63,790 nt of DNA, filler included, from Reticulomyxa filosa (GCA_000512085.1; 19 parts of 19 records of this genome joined end to end with filler, not necessarily neighbours in it); one strand, 5' to 3'. Shown: positions 12,300 through 25,257, counted from the whole stretch's first letter. Notes: generated from the sequence alone by a model not told the origin. Numbers and translations are program-made.

Positions 12300-13375
12300 N
12301 NNNNNNNNNNNNNNNNNNNNNNNNNNNNNNNNNNNNNNNNNNNTTAATTAATTAANNNNNNNNNNNNNNNNNNNNNNNNNNNNNNNNNNNNNNNNNNNNT
12401 ACGTTTAATTTAGCTGAGCTCTCTTTCTTGCATCTCTCTACAGAGTGAAGATTCTTGGAAAAAGACTTTATTCCTTTTCTTTGCTAATAATCAAGATATT
12501 TGCTTATTCAAAAAAAGAAAAATATTTTGTAAAAAGTGTATTATATGTGCTTAATCTTGGACCCTAAAATATTTATTTAAATAAGATTAAAATCAATTTA
12601 ATCAAATCATTTACATTAAATTGAAAATTTTTTTATGTTTTATTGTCAAAATTAATTTAAATAATTTTCATTTTACTTTATCAATAATATCACAATTACC
12701 TTTGAAAATTATTGATTAAAGTTATCCTCTTTACAAATTTAATCGAAAAGAATCCGTTGAAAAAAAAATTTTCAAATAATACAATAGTTACACATGAAAT
12801 ACACTTTTTTTCCTCTCCAGTTTCAAATTTGTCAATCATTTGCACAAGATGTTATCCATCAATATCGAAGTAACGAATATGAAAATCTTTTTTTACGTTT
12901 TTGTAATGCTAATTTGTGTTGTTAACTTTGCTTTCATTTGTTCAAAAGTATCAAAGAAAATAATTAAAATAATGTCATCAAAGAATGTCTGTGCAAAGAT
13001 ATTGATGAACACCCTATTTGAAATTAATCAATAAGCAGTGTTTTGAGTCATAAAGCTTTTCCCTTTTTTTTTTTACCACTGTTGTGAGACGAAATATAAA
13101 CGTTTGAGCTTTGTGTGATAACGAAAAACAAGACAACTTGGACCGAAATTGAAAAAATACAACAGTTCGCTTTCAATCATCTCAATTTAAAGTACGTAAA
13201 CAGTTGTTAGTCGCCAGTTAGTCAAAAGCTATATTATTGCGCAGTTTTGTTTTTTTGTCCTATAAAAAGAAAACATAGTGTGGTTTTTAGCGTCTAAATA
13301 GATGCACTTTTTACGTCAATCTAACTCGGGGATAATTTCTTTTGTTTTTTTGGAAAAGTAACTTTGCAGAAAAGC

Positions 13376-14271
13376 ATGGGCAATGATTCCAGTCAAACAG
13401 GCATCTATTGTACAAACGGGCATAAAATGGATCTTTGGATAGGTGTAGCTGCCATGACGCGTAGACTAGACATATGTTCGCAATGTGAGGAAAACGAAAG
13501 CAAACGAAAGGCGGCAGAGGAGTTGCGAGAAAAATTGGAAAGAGAATATCGAGCACGCGAAAGAGAAGATCGAGAAAGACGCGAAAGGGAAGCGAGAGAT
13601 TTTTTATCGAGAAAAAGAAAAGAAGAGAAAGAGCTTGAAAAATTGAAACGGCTGGTTCGGGAAGAAGAATTGAGACAAGAAGAGAAGAAGCGCAAGGATA
13701 AAAAAGACGAGGCTGTGAAAAAAATGAGAGCTGCATTTTCTCAGCCTTTTGGAAGGACAGACGAAATAGATTTTGAAACGGTAATGTTCCCGCTGTTGCA
13801 ATTAAACAGCACCGCACCCGCAGCGGTAAATGTGTTGAAGAAATTCGCAGAAGAAGTGAAAAGATGTGATGTCACTGGAGATGTGTTGCATGAAGAAGTG
13901 GAGTCTTTAAAGACAAAATTGAAACGGAGCCTGACCAATTCATATGACGAGGAAATCAAAATGGTGATACAGCCTGTATTGAACCGATATGAAGGATATG
14001 TGGGAAACTTTACAGAGCTTAAAAAAGTGTGGAAAGAAGAAGTAACAAGGGCAGTGAACACACATTTTAATGGACTGCAAGAACTGCTACCATTTTTTGA
14101 AACAGAAAGTGACATACCTGCAAATGCAGCTGCACTGTTGGAGGCAAAGAATTTATTGGGATCATTAATAGTTGCAATGAATAATTCGAAGAAAGCCTTG
14201 GCCGTTGTTAAACGACATTGCGAAGCTATAATTCGAGATCAGCTCTATTTGAAAACAAGGATCGAAAGTAC
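13376..14271 (+). CDS. Uncharacterised protein: MGxxxS start, Cys/His knuckle, charged coiled coil (3'-truncated)
   Basis: Uninterrupted ~300-codon ORF: MGNDSS..CTNGH...CSQC, then an E/R/K-rich helix and an amphipathic helical region. Confidence 0.7.
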
Positions 14272-14380
14272 NNNNNNNNNNNNNNNNNNNNNNNNNNNNN
14301 NNNNNNNNNNNNNNNTTAATTAATTAANNNNNNNNNNNNNNNNNNNNNNNNNNNNNNNNNNNNNNNNNNNNAAAAAAAAA

Positions 14381-14995
14381 CTAAACTTGTAATGTTTGAA
14401 TGAATTTTTGAACTAATTCAAAGTGGACTTTGACTTCAGAACATAAATGATCATTTAATTTGTATTTTTGACAACTATATTCGCATCCAAATGGTTTATA
14501 CCAACAATCCAACATTTTCAAAGGACAAGTACTATTTAAATGATCATTTAAATCTTTAATTTTTCCTTTAAAATGACAAATTATTTTTTCATTTTCTTCT
14601 CCTTCTTGTTGTTTTTCTTGAGATGGAGTTTGTGAATCTTGTTGAAATTGAAGTGGACATATCACTTTTAATGCACCAATATGTCGTTGTATTACACCAC
14701 TTCGAGAATAAATACAATTTTCATGTGGTTCAACAGGACATGAATTTTTATTTGTTTTTAAAAATTCTTTCAAACAATTCTCACCAACAACAGGTGATTC
14801 ATCAATATCTTTGTGCTGTGGACAACAGATTTCGATAGGATAATTCGCAACTTGTTTGCAAATTAAACAGATAAAGTTTTCAAATTGTTCTGGTTGATTC
14901 AGTTGCAATATCCAATTTTTGTCAAAACAAAACGGTTCAACAGAAACTGAAGTTATTGTTTCTTTTGGGGCTTTCTCGTCTTCCACTATATTCAT
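14381..14995 (-). CDS. RING-like + TRAF-type zinc-finger protein, N-terminal part
   Basis: ICLICKQV..CPQH...GENCL...CPVEPH (degenerate RING), then VICP..ICHFKGKIKDLNDHLNSTCPL..CWYKPFGCEY...LNDHL (zf-TRAF repeats). Confidence 0.85.
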   Translation of the reverse strand: MNIVEDEKAPKETITSVSVEPFCFDKNWILQLNQPEQFENFICLICKQVANYPIEICCPQHKDIDESPVVGENCLKEFLKTNKNSCPVEPHENCIYSRSGVIQRHIGALKVICPLQFQQDSQTPSQEKQQEGEENEKIICHFKGKIKDLNDHLNSTCPLKMLDCWYKPFGCEYSCQKYKLNDHLCSEVKVHFELVQKFIQTLQV

Positions 14996-15501
14996 ATTTC
15001 TCTAGTTTTTTGTTACAGTTCTTTGTTGTCTGTCAATGATATAAATTTCGCACATAGTTTCTTTTGATGAAATTTTTAGTCAGCAGGACAGAACGAAAGC
15101 TTTGCACCTAGATTTAGAGTTTAGAAACATGTTCCGATTTTTTCAATTTTGAGTAATTTGAAAAATTTTTAAATGGCAGAGCAACACAAGTTTAAATTAC
15201 TATAACAATAAGGCTATAACACGAGTAATGGTTTTTAAAGCAAGATTACCCTTGTTGTTTTACCTCTCTTCCCCCTGATTGACCTTCATTATAATCTGTT
15301 ACTCTCTTCATTGCAAAATAATGATTCACGCTTCGAATTTTGTGTCGAATGCCGACTCAGACGAGTTAAGAGTAGCAAACAAAATACAAAAGCGACTAAG
15401 GCGCTATTGTTAGAGTATTAACAAGGAAACAACGGACAAAAAAAAAAAAAAAAATTGCCTAATACATCAGTGAAGATTATGTTTCATTGGACGAAGAGGA
15501 C

Positions 15502-15735
15502 ATGGATGTTGGGATTCAAAAAGTGAACGAATTGAAGGACATTACGTTGAACCAGGATGAGCGTGAGCTTGAAAATAACGACAGGGAAACAGTAAGCAAT
15601 AGTTTTGATTATTTTAACGACACAAAAGCAGAACGAAGATTATCTGAACAGCAAAGTCCAGAATCTGGGAATGATTTTATGAACCGATTAGAGGACGCAC
15701 CAACACTATTTGGTTTATCGTTAAGGGAAACATAA
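15502..15735 (+). CDS. Possible first exon of an uncharacterised gene
   Basis: Acidic hydrophilic ORF divergent from the TRAF gene, followed by intron-like G/A runs at the contig end. Confidence 0.35.
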   Translation: MDVGIQKVNELKDITLNQDERELENNDRETVSNSFDYFNDTKAERRLSEQQSPESGNDFMNRLEDAPTLFGLSLRET

Positions 15736-15949
15736 AAAATGGGGGGGGGGGAAAGGGGGGAAACGTGCACGACCACGTCAGTATACGTACAAAAAAAAAA
15801 AACCTAAAAAAAAAAAAAAAAATTTTTTTTTTTTTTTTAAAAAAAAAAANNNNNNNNNNNNNNNNNNNNNNNNNNNNNNNNNNNNNNNNNNNNTTAATTA
15901 ATTAANNNNNNNNNNNNNNNNNNNNNNNNNNNNNNNNNNNNNNNNNNNN

Positions 15950-15983
<34 letters not shown>

Positions 15984-17371
15984 GGGAGGGGAGGGGACGA
16001 AACATTTGGAGAAGCAGCTTCTGCTTCTTTTTGTTTTTTCTTATTTGCAGTCTGCAACATTTGATGCAATTTGCCACCTTCATTAGGCGAGCTTGTTTCA
16101 GTGCCTTGAGTAAGTTGCGACGACGATGATACTTGGATTTTGTGTTGCGCTTGTGTTTGTAACGGGGACTGCGATTGCAATTGCGACTGCAACGATTGAG
16201 ATGGCAATTGCGACTGCAACTGCGACGGCGGAAGAGTGAGCGACCCTGGTGCGTCGTGCTCTTTGCCTTCACTATCCGGGATGGAGTCTAATGCAAGCAA
16301 GGCGTTGATGCCGTCGGAAGCACCCAAAGAGCCCAGACTTGGAGAGTTGCTCGGCGAGGTTTTGCTCGTGTGCATAGCACTTTTGGGACTGACCGGGTTC
16401 ATGTCTTTCAAAGCCAACATCATCGCCGTATGTGTGCCCTCGCGCAAGTGTCGCTTCGATCCTTTGGTCAGTTTGAAGTTGATGGCTGTCATGTCGGCCA
16501 CTGTTGGCATATCTTCGTCGTCAGGTTCTTCTTCGTCTTCGCCAATGGGTTTCAAATCTGGTTCTTTCTTTTCTACGTCTTTGGACAGATTTTTCAGTCT
16601 TGTGCTTGTCCCGACTGTCCATGTCCATGTCCATGTCCTTGGCCAAGACTTTGAATCTGACGTCCTTCCTCTTCATCCACTTCCATCACCAAGTCATCTT
16701 CATTCATATCCTCGTCAATTTCCACTATATCTTCTCCTCCTCCGTTTTTTTTGTCTTTCTTTCTTTCACTGCCAGACTTGCTCGCGCCGGATTGCTCCGA
16801 GGTCTTCGTGTCATCCATCGACTTTCGACTTTTGCTGTTGTTGATGTCCTTCACACTCATGCTACTGTTATTGTTATTGTTATTGCCATTGCTACCATTG
16901 CCACTGGTACTCGTTGTGTTGTTCTTGCGACTGTTCGTGGAGGTGGAGGTGGAGGTAGAGGTGGAGGTGGAATTGGCGGCGTTGTTGAGCTGCGATTGCG
17001 AGCCTTTGCGAGGAGAGGAGGCGGATGCCGACGCCGACGCTGATGCAGACGAAGATGAGGATGCAAGATGACGGCCTTTACGAAACAATGGCGGGATTTG
17101 CAGCTCGCTGATGGACGAGTCTTTGCTCACCATTTTCAATATGTCCACATAGCGCTTTTCCAAGTAGCGAATGGTGTTGTCGCAGTCGCTGGCCTGGCGA
17201 TGCGAAAACTTTCGAAACAAATCGTACAAAGAGTCAAAATAGCGAGGGAATATACTTCCTTTGAAGTGTTCCAAATATTTGGCTGCCGTGTAACGAGATC
17301 GTGGATCTAATTGGATGCAATGGCTTACCTATTTATATGTTATCAAACAAACATGCATTTAACACAATTAC

Positions 17372-17441
<70 letters not shown>

Positions 17442-18267
17442 GTTATTATTGTTATTATTGTTATTATTATTATTATTGTTATCATTGTTATTGTTATCAT
17501 TGCTATTGTTATCATTGCTATTGTTATGATTGTAATTGTAATGAATATCATCATGATCATCAGCATCATGATGATTCTCATGGAACATGGACGAGGAATC
17601 CATTTCCAATTTCAAACAAACTGGACATTTGTACTTATCGTCTTCAATGGACTTCAACTCGCCATCCGTCAATCCCACACACGCCAAGTGGTACCATTCC
17701 TCACAGTAATCACAACATATCATCGATTTGTTCGCGTCATAAGGCTTTCGACACAAGCAATAGACGTGGAATGAGTTATCCTCATGTTCCATCAATCCAG
17801 GTGACTGTCTACCTTCATCCATTTCCTTTCTCCCGTTCTCTATAAATGATTTCACTTTTCCTATTATATCATCAATACTCATTTCATTCATTTTCTTTGT
17901 TTTCATCATTTCATTTTCCTTTTCTTTTTCTTTTTCTCTTTCTCTTTCCTTTTCTCTTGCATTTATACTAGATTGCATCGGTGCTACTCGCTCTTTCGTT
18001 TTCTCTTTTTGACTTACTTCATTCCCATTTCCTTGCACTGACTCATTCTTTATGTGCAACTCCAACCTTTCTTTCTTATTAATCGTCTCGTTTTTCGCTT
18101 CCATCGTCTCATTGTCGCTCCAATTCAGACTGGATTCACTAGAGACTTCGTCATCGTTACTTTCCATTTTTTCGTCACCTCTTCTCTTTTCTCCTTTTTT
18201 TTGATCTTTCTTTGTAGACTGCTCCTTCTCTTCCTCTTCTTCTTCTTCTTCTTCTTCTTCTTCTTCT
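15950..18267 (-). CDS. PHD-finger protein with low-complexity regions (partial)
   Basis: VYCLCRKPYDANKSMICCDYCEEWYHLACVGLT...YKCPVC is a canonical C4HC3 PHD with H3K4me-type aromatic residues. Poly-N/S/E tracts; apparent frameshift near 16600. Confidence 0.85.
17374..17545. repeat. (TTA)n/(TTG)n trinucleotide microsatellite encoding poly-Asn on the minus strand
   Basis: Long perfect then imperfect TTA run. Confidence 0.9.
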
Positions 18268-18458
18268 NNNNNNNNNNNNNNNNNNNNNNNNNNNNNNNNN
18301 NNNNNNNNNNNTTAATTAATTAANNNNNNNNNNNNNNNNNNNNNNNNNNNNNNNNNNNNNNNNNNNNATATATTATATTATATATTTTATTTTATTTTTT
18401 ATATTAAATAAATAAATAAATAGATATATACATATATATGTATATATATATAACTTAC

Positions 18459-19594
18459 CCTTGTGTCACTTCATCACTTCCTTCTCCAGAATATAAAACA
18501 ACATCATTACTATTATTTGCAATATATTGACTCAATAAGAACATTCCCACACTCGCACGTATCGTAGTGACATCATAACTTTCCAAATGATAGATAACTT
18601 TTTCAATGACATTAATTCCTTCTTCCGGTGTGAACAACACGGTATGATGATTTGGAATATTTAAAAACTTTGCAACTTGTTCGGCATATCGTAGATCTGT
18701 GGCATCCTTCATTCCGATAGAATACGTATTTGGTAAGTACTTTTTATTGTAACGACAAACCAAAGCGGTGATTAGTGACGAGTCCAATCCACCACTTAAG
18801 AAACACCCAATGCTACGCTCGCTCATTAATCTCTTTTGACATGCCTTGGTCAAAGTGTCTCGAATCATCGTCAACGCTGCTTGTTCGTCTGTGATTATTG
18901 GAATATCATCATCTGATGGTTTCGAAATGCTCCAATATTTTTCAAATGCATTCGTGTCGCTACTCCAAACCGATCCTGGTGGAAATTGTTTTATGTCTTT
19001 TGCTAACTCTAACATTGCTTTAGCTTCACTTGCAAACACTATTGTTCCTTTCTCATTGTCCGTACCTTTTTATTTTTTATATAATGTGTTCATACAAAAT
19101 TTATAACAAATATTTATTTTTAAAAAAAATAAAAAATAAAAAAAATTACCTATAAACATTGGTCTTACTCCAATAGGATCTCTTGCAGCAAATAAAATAT
19201 CTTTTTTTGCATCATACAAAGTAAATGCAAACACTCCATCCAATTCTTTTGCAACTTGCTCAATGTTTTGATACTTTTCATACAAGTGCAATATCACTTC
19301 ACAATCCATTCCTGATATTCTCTCCATTTTATATTTTTCTGCCAGTGATGTATGGTTATAAATTTGACCGTTACAAATCAAATGATAGTCTTTGTACTGG
19401 AATGGTTGCATGCCTTTTGGAGATAAATCATTTATTGCCAATCGATGGAACCCGTAAAAAATATTCGGTGTCAATGCTATTGACTTTGTTGCATCGGGAC
19501 CACGATGTCTTATTTTACTCAATTGCTCGTTCAATTGACTCAATTTATACTTTGATGCAAAGTTTTTGCTCAATAATGCAAATATTCCACACAT
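18459..19594 (-). CDS. ASNS: Asparagine synthetase (glutamine-hydrolysing), 3'-truncated; exons 19594-19150 and 19065-18459
   Basis: MCGIF (Ntn nucleophile Cys), HRGPD, GFHRLAIND, D.EVI, LDGVFAF, ARDPIGVRP, FASEAK, LSGGLDSS, ESYDVTTIRAS, SGEGSDE. GT-AG intron 19149-19066 is in frame. Confidence 0.95.
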
Positions 19595-20934
19595 CTTTTT
19601 TTTTTCCCCCAAAAAATTTCCACAGAAATTTCCTCGTTTCTCAAAACAAAAAGATGTACTAAAAAACAAAAAAACAAAAAAACAAAAAAAATATCTTAAC
19701 TTCAAGCAAAAAGTAGATATTTCTTTTTGAAGTAGTATTGTTATAAAACAACTAAAGTATTTCACAAGAAAACTAAACAACACCAAGTGAGTATAAGTTT
19801 TTTTTCTTCCTAGTCTAACTTTTTTTTTGTTTCTCCCTTTTTTTTACGAGTCGTATTACATTTTGAAAGATGCTTTGCCTTCGGAACATGTAAATTTCTT
19901 TATTTTATGAAAATCATCTTTACATTGTTTTGCATTTGTTTCTCAAACTATCCATGAATTAGAATTGATATTTTGCCATAAGTACAACTGTATGCATGGA
20001 CAGCCATTACAGAATTTTTTGGATATTTTTGTAATCCAAAAGAATTTATTAGTCTATCTTTCAGTTGTAAAAGATTTTTTGCTCATGTAATTTCTTTAAA
20101 AATAAAATAAATTTAAAATTATGTGTTTATTAAGATTATAAAACATGCTTTTGCAACTCAAAACAAGGTTTGCTGTTCACGTTCAAAGAAAAGTAAAATT
20201 AAACCAAACTTGAGGATAACAACTTCTTTAAAATTAACTTTGCATAATTCATTGAAAATGGCATAAAAATTCATTATGTGATTGGAAAAACTTCTAAAAT
20301 ACGGAGAATCATTCCCACAAATCTGTGTAAAAAAAGGGGGAAACAAAAATATTGAGCTAAAAAAGCATATAATTGATTTGTCGTTTCTTTGTAATTTTCA
20401 AACAAGGAGTGATGTTATTGCACCAAGCGGTTTCATCTCGTTTTTTTCGAGGAATACTTGTTTTTTTAGTGACTTTTAACAAACCTACAAAAACGGAAGT
20501 GTTCATCTCTTTTTTACTTTGAGAACGCATTGAAACAAAAGTATACTGCACAACAGTTGGTCAAGACGCTTGAAATAGTTTCAATAAGAACAGTACTGCA
20601 AACATCAATAATTAAATAAACTGGCTTTTTGTCGGTTGTCAATATTTTAACAAAAATTTACGGATCCGAAAAACTGAGTCCTTATCTGTTAAAAAAAAAT
20701 TGTTGGTATTTGTGTCTTGCCTTTTTGTAATGAATTCATGTGCTTATAAAAAATTACATTAAATGAAAATCCAATTTGCTGTTTCTATGTTTAAAGTTCA
20801 CTCTGTTTTACGTGAAGTTGCGAAAAGGGCTCTTTTATTTTAGTACTTTTTTTCCAAAGAATCTTTCCCTTTTATTAAAGAAATCAGAGAAATTACGTCG
20901 CTTGTCCAGTTGGAAAAACGATAAGACATATTCT

Positions 20935-21615
20935 ATGTCACAGATTCGTGAGAACGTAGACAAAATATCTAAAAAAGATGACAGAGAAGCCCTGAAAGTA
21001 GCAATAAAGAAATTGAAAGACTATTATAAATTACAAAACAAACTAGTTCCATTATTTGATGATCCCGAACAATCTATTGACACTTGCTATATTCGGTTGA
21101 TCCTTTTGATTACAAAACGCTTTGAGGAAAGGAAAAAACAAATGACAAATAAAAAGCAAAACAATGAAGAAGACGAAAAAGAAAAATGGTCAAATTCAAT
21201 TGACTATTCAATAATCTATGGCAGTGGACAAGAAACAGTTGATGTAGAAGATATTTGGAAACGAGAAGAAAAAGAAGAGATAGAAGAAGAAGAAGAAGAA
21301 GTGCGTCATATCAGTATTCGTGGTGAAGCAGGAAGTGGAAAAAGTGTATTGACACAAAGAATTGCATATTTATGGGCGAATGGCGAAATGTGGAATCATA
21401 TGTTTGAATGGTTATTACATATTCCATTTCGAAATATTGTCAATCTTTTTGATGATGAAAATAAGGGTAATACAAAAAGTAACTGGTCTAAAATAATGAA
21501 TGCATTGAATATTCAAGGATGGAACACAAACGATACAAATATTGTATATTCAAATGGTGGGTTGTTAGTATTGGATGGATTTGATGAAATTGCAAATGAT
21601 ATAAATAAAAAACCT
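20935..21615 (+). CDS. NACHT/STAND NTPase (NLR-like), N-terminal part, truncated by contig end
   Basis: Pre-NACHT Y..L segment (CYIRLILL), Walker A ISIRGEAGSGKS, FEWLLHIPFRNI, Walker B LLVLDGFDEI. Confidence 0.9.
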
Positions 21616-21829
21616 NNNNNNNNNNNNNNNNNNNNNNNNNNNNNNNNNNNNNNNNNNNNTTAATTAATTAANNNNNNNNNNNNNNNNNNNNNNNNNNNNN
21701 NNNNNNNNNNNNNNNTTTTTTTTTTTTTTTTTTTGAATATTTGTGTTAAAAAAAAAAAGTTGTTGCATAGATAAGCTATGACGCACGCACGTATACAAAG
21801 AACAGTCGAACAAACAAACCAATTTGATC

Positions 21830-22622
21830 AGGATCGATGGTCCTTGCTCTTATCACATGTCTCAAGCCGAGCTTTTTTTGCTTTGCTTTTTCTTTTTCCA
21901 GTTTTTTCAACTGCGACTTGCTTTGCGAGCGAATCATCGCTGCCAACATTGGGACCTCCGAGTCTAGCTTTTCAATGTTCAACGCAGGCTGCGTGAGGTT
22001 TGGATTTGAATTTAAATTTAAATTTAAATTTGAGTTTGAATTTGAATTTGAATTTGAATTTGAATTTGAATTTGAATTTGAATTTGAATTTGGAGTTGGC
22101 TTTGTATTTGGATTTGGTTGCGAATTTCGATTTAAGCCTAAGTATGGAGTTCGATACTTAATTTGACTCGTCCCTCTATTTCTTATGCTCATTTCTTTTT
22201 CTTCCTCTTTCCCTGTTCGAATTCCTATCTCTGTTCCTTTTTCTTCCTCCTCTTTGCCTTTGGCCTTTCTCATTCTGTTTCCTTTCGCTGCTCCCGTGGC
22301 CGGGCGTTCATTATTCTTGTCCGTGGCAATGGATGCGCTTGCAGAAAGACGATTGGGCTTAGTCGGCGTTAGACATTGAGACTGGCAATGCTGTTGCAAA
22401 TGGCGATGGATATCGTCCACTTCAGTCCAGTACTCTTTCAACGATACAAACAGATTCTTGGCGACCCATTCATTCTGACGCATTCTTTCGTCATACACAA
22501 GCAGCTCTTCTTTCATTTGTATGTACATGTTTGACAGCTTCTCGCCATTTGGCTGTGCGAGATTTTGAGATATCAATGTCTAAAATTAACATTTATTCAT
22601 TTTTATTTTTATTTTTTTTTTT

Positions 22623-22661
<39 letters not shown>

Positions 22662-25157
22662 TTAGTATCGCTCGAAAATGGCAATCACATTACCACCACT
22701 TGCATTATGGTCACAATGACTGGACAATTGTTGCGTGGCTTTGGAAAACGCTTTTGCCACATCCAATTGCTGGATTTCGGCAACTTTTGGGCCATTTGCT
22801 GATGCAAGTCGCAACAACGTCCGCACATGACTTGGGTAATCTTCTCATTGAATTCGTGCATATTCAATACTTTGAATAAATGATTCAATTGCGCCTGGTC
22901 CACTTTTTTGCTGTATGCAAACTCCTTACAATTTCGATGCAATCGGTAATTTTGATTCTGGACAATGCGCAGCTGCTCTTGCAATGACGTCAGTATTCGT
23001 ATCCATTCTTGTCGCTCGCTTTTCATCACGCCGACATATTGCTGTTTCTTTTTCTTCCTCCTCCTCCTCCGTTGCTTGTGTTCTTCGATGACGTGCTTTC
23101 GTCCACACTGTCCTTTTTCGCCGAACTCACTCGATCCGATACGATGTTGGTTTTACTTTCAAATAATTGGATTTGTGATATACTCCCATTGGCATTGATA
23201 TTTGTATTTGTATTTGCATTTGCATTTGCATTTGCATTTGCATTTACATTTACATTTGCAGAAGCGATTGCAGCAGCAGTGGCGACTGCAGCTGCTTCGT
23301 GAATGTTTGTGTAATCCGTCTTCTTTAACATTAACTCACTGGGCCCATGGGAACGACGAGACTGTCCTCTCGGAACAAACAGAGAATAAGACAAAGGGAT
23401 CGCGCTTGAATGAACTTTTTGAGAAAGGGGTAACGTCATCGAGTGACGTTGGAAAGAGAGGCTATTATTCGCTTTTTTGGATTTTATTTTTATGTTTGGT
23501 TTCGTTTTTAGTTTTCATGTTGTTGTTATTGTTATTGTTATTGTTATTGTTATTCACAATCGATTGGATCGCGTGTGGATATCTTTTCCTTCTTCCTTCC
23601 AATATCGGAATGCCATTCTTGGGATTTCCAGATAAATTTTTTCGAACTATTGGTGCGTAAAAGAAGCAATTTAATTATATCCTTTTTTTTTTTTTTTTTT
23701 TTTAAAATATAGTAACTATTTTGAGCAATGTGGTCAAGTAGCTGCTCCACGTCATCAAATCTTTTAACAAGCAAATGAAACACTCGCAAGGAGAGCGTGG
23801 AAGAATTGTATTCGACCAAATTTTGAATAACTGCATGTCTATCCAAGTCTCTTAGTTTTCCGTGTTTTATCAAAACGTTGTCTACAAACACTGACCACTC
23901 GACGGCATCAAAGTGCATTCCTTTTTTTTTTTTTTTTTTTAATCTTACATGCAATGGGATAAAATGAAAAAGGATAGTTTGCATGTTTGAAAACGCAATG
24001 AATGTTGGAAAGAACAAACCGTTGAAGGAAACAAGTCAATCCAAAAATCAAACCAATCTTTTCGAAAAACAAACAATTTCCACAATTTTTTGAGTCGTTC
24101 AAACGCAGTAGCGGTGACATTACAAGTTCGAAACGCACGCAACAATAGCGCATTCACCTCTCGCGTCCATTCCAAGACTGTCCACTGTTCCTCTTTTTTT
24201 GCACTCTTTCTATATTGGCATTTTTAATCGTTTTGTGGGTCTATTTCACGAGTGTTTCTAAAAGAAAGAATTTGCTTTTAGAAAAGAAAATTCTTTCTTT
24301 TCTAAAAGCAAATTATATACATATATATGTATATGTATATGTATATGTGTATGTGGAGTACATTATAATATACGCAGAAACTTGAAATTGGTTAAGAATT
24401 TTTCAAGTTGCTCTAACAACGCGATCAATTCTTTACACTTGTCTATGTGTGTGTGTGTGTGTATGTATGTGGATGTACAATAATGCACATAATGTGTATT
24501 TGAGAAAGACAGCATATGCAAATTACGTTGAAGAAAAGGGGTGAGAAATCCAATGTGCGCGCCTCTGCACATATCAGCGATAGTGTGAGACAAAATGACA
24601 AGCTTTTTGTGAAACGACATGGCAACGTTGCTCGACCTCTTTGTGCTTTGATAGCCAGTGTACTCATTTTCATTTAGATACATGCTGAATTTGTCTTCGA
24701 CAAATCGGAGCAAATGGGCCAATTCGATGGGAAGCGAGTCGTAGCTGAACGTTTCTTCCAGTATATCGTCGTGATAGTCATCCGTTTCCGCGTGGATTTG
24801 CAAGTCTTCACTTTCATCCACCGCCCCATCATCTTTGCTTTCATCATCGTGTTCATTGTTGTTATCATTATTATCATTGTTATCATTATTATCATTGTTA
24901 TCATCGTTGTGATTGTTTTGATGGTCATAATGATTATGATTATGATGATCATGATCATGATAATGATCATGACGATGATAATGGTCATCGTCATCGTCAT
25001 CGTCACCATCACCGTCATGATCAATCTCATGATCATCTATATCTTCACCGTTGTCTTCCCTCACTTTATCATTGTCGTTGGTGTTATGTTCTGTCTGTTC
25101 ATTATCATTATTGTTATTGTTATTATTGTTATTGCTATTATTACCATCTTCTTCTTC
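21830..25157 (-). CDS. Uncharacterised multi-exon protein with coiled-coil and N/S, D/H low-complexity tracts (partial)
   Basis: Chain of same-strand ORF pieces (24363-25064, 23945-24175, 23550-24017, 23026-23439, 22685-23029, 21776-22576) separated by homopolymer-rich introns; no domain recognised. Confidence 0.55.
24269..24314. repeat. Perfect 21-bp inverted repeat with a 4-nt loop, in an inferred intron
   Basis: AATTTGCTTTTAGAAAAGAAA (24269-24289), loop ATTC, TTTCTTTTCTAAAAGCAAATT (24294-24314). Confidence 0.9.
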
Positions 25158-25257
25158 NNNNNNNNNNNNNNNNNNNNNNNNNNNNNNNNNNNNNNNNNNN
25201 NTTAATTAATTAANNNNNNNNNNNNNNNNNNNNNNNNNNNNNNNNNNNNNNNNNNNN

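Noticed and set aside
17301-17774. Poly-Ile/poly-Leu 'membrane proteins' in the ORF track (also 24714-25205, 31350-32081, 34549-35235, 43401-44507)
   Set aside because: These are antisense or off-frame shadows of AAT/GAT trinucleotide tracts in the real genes.
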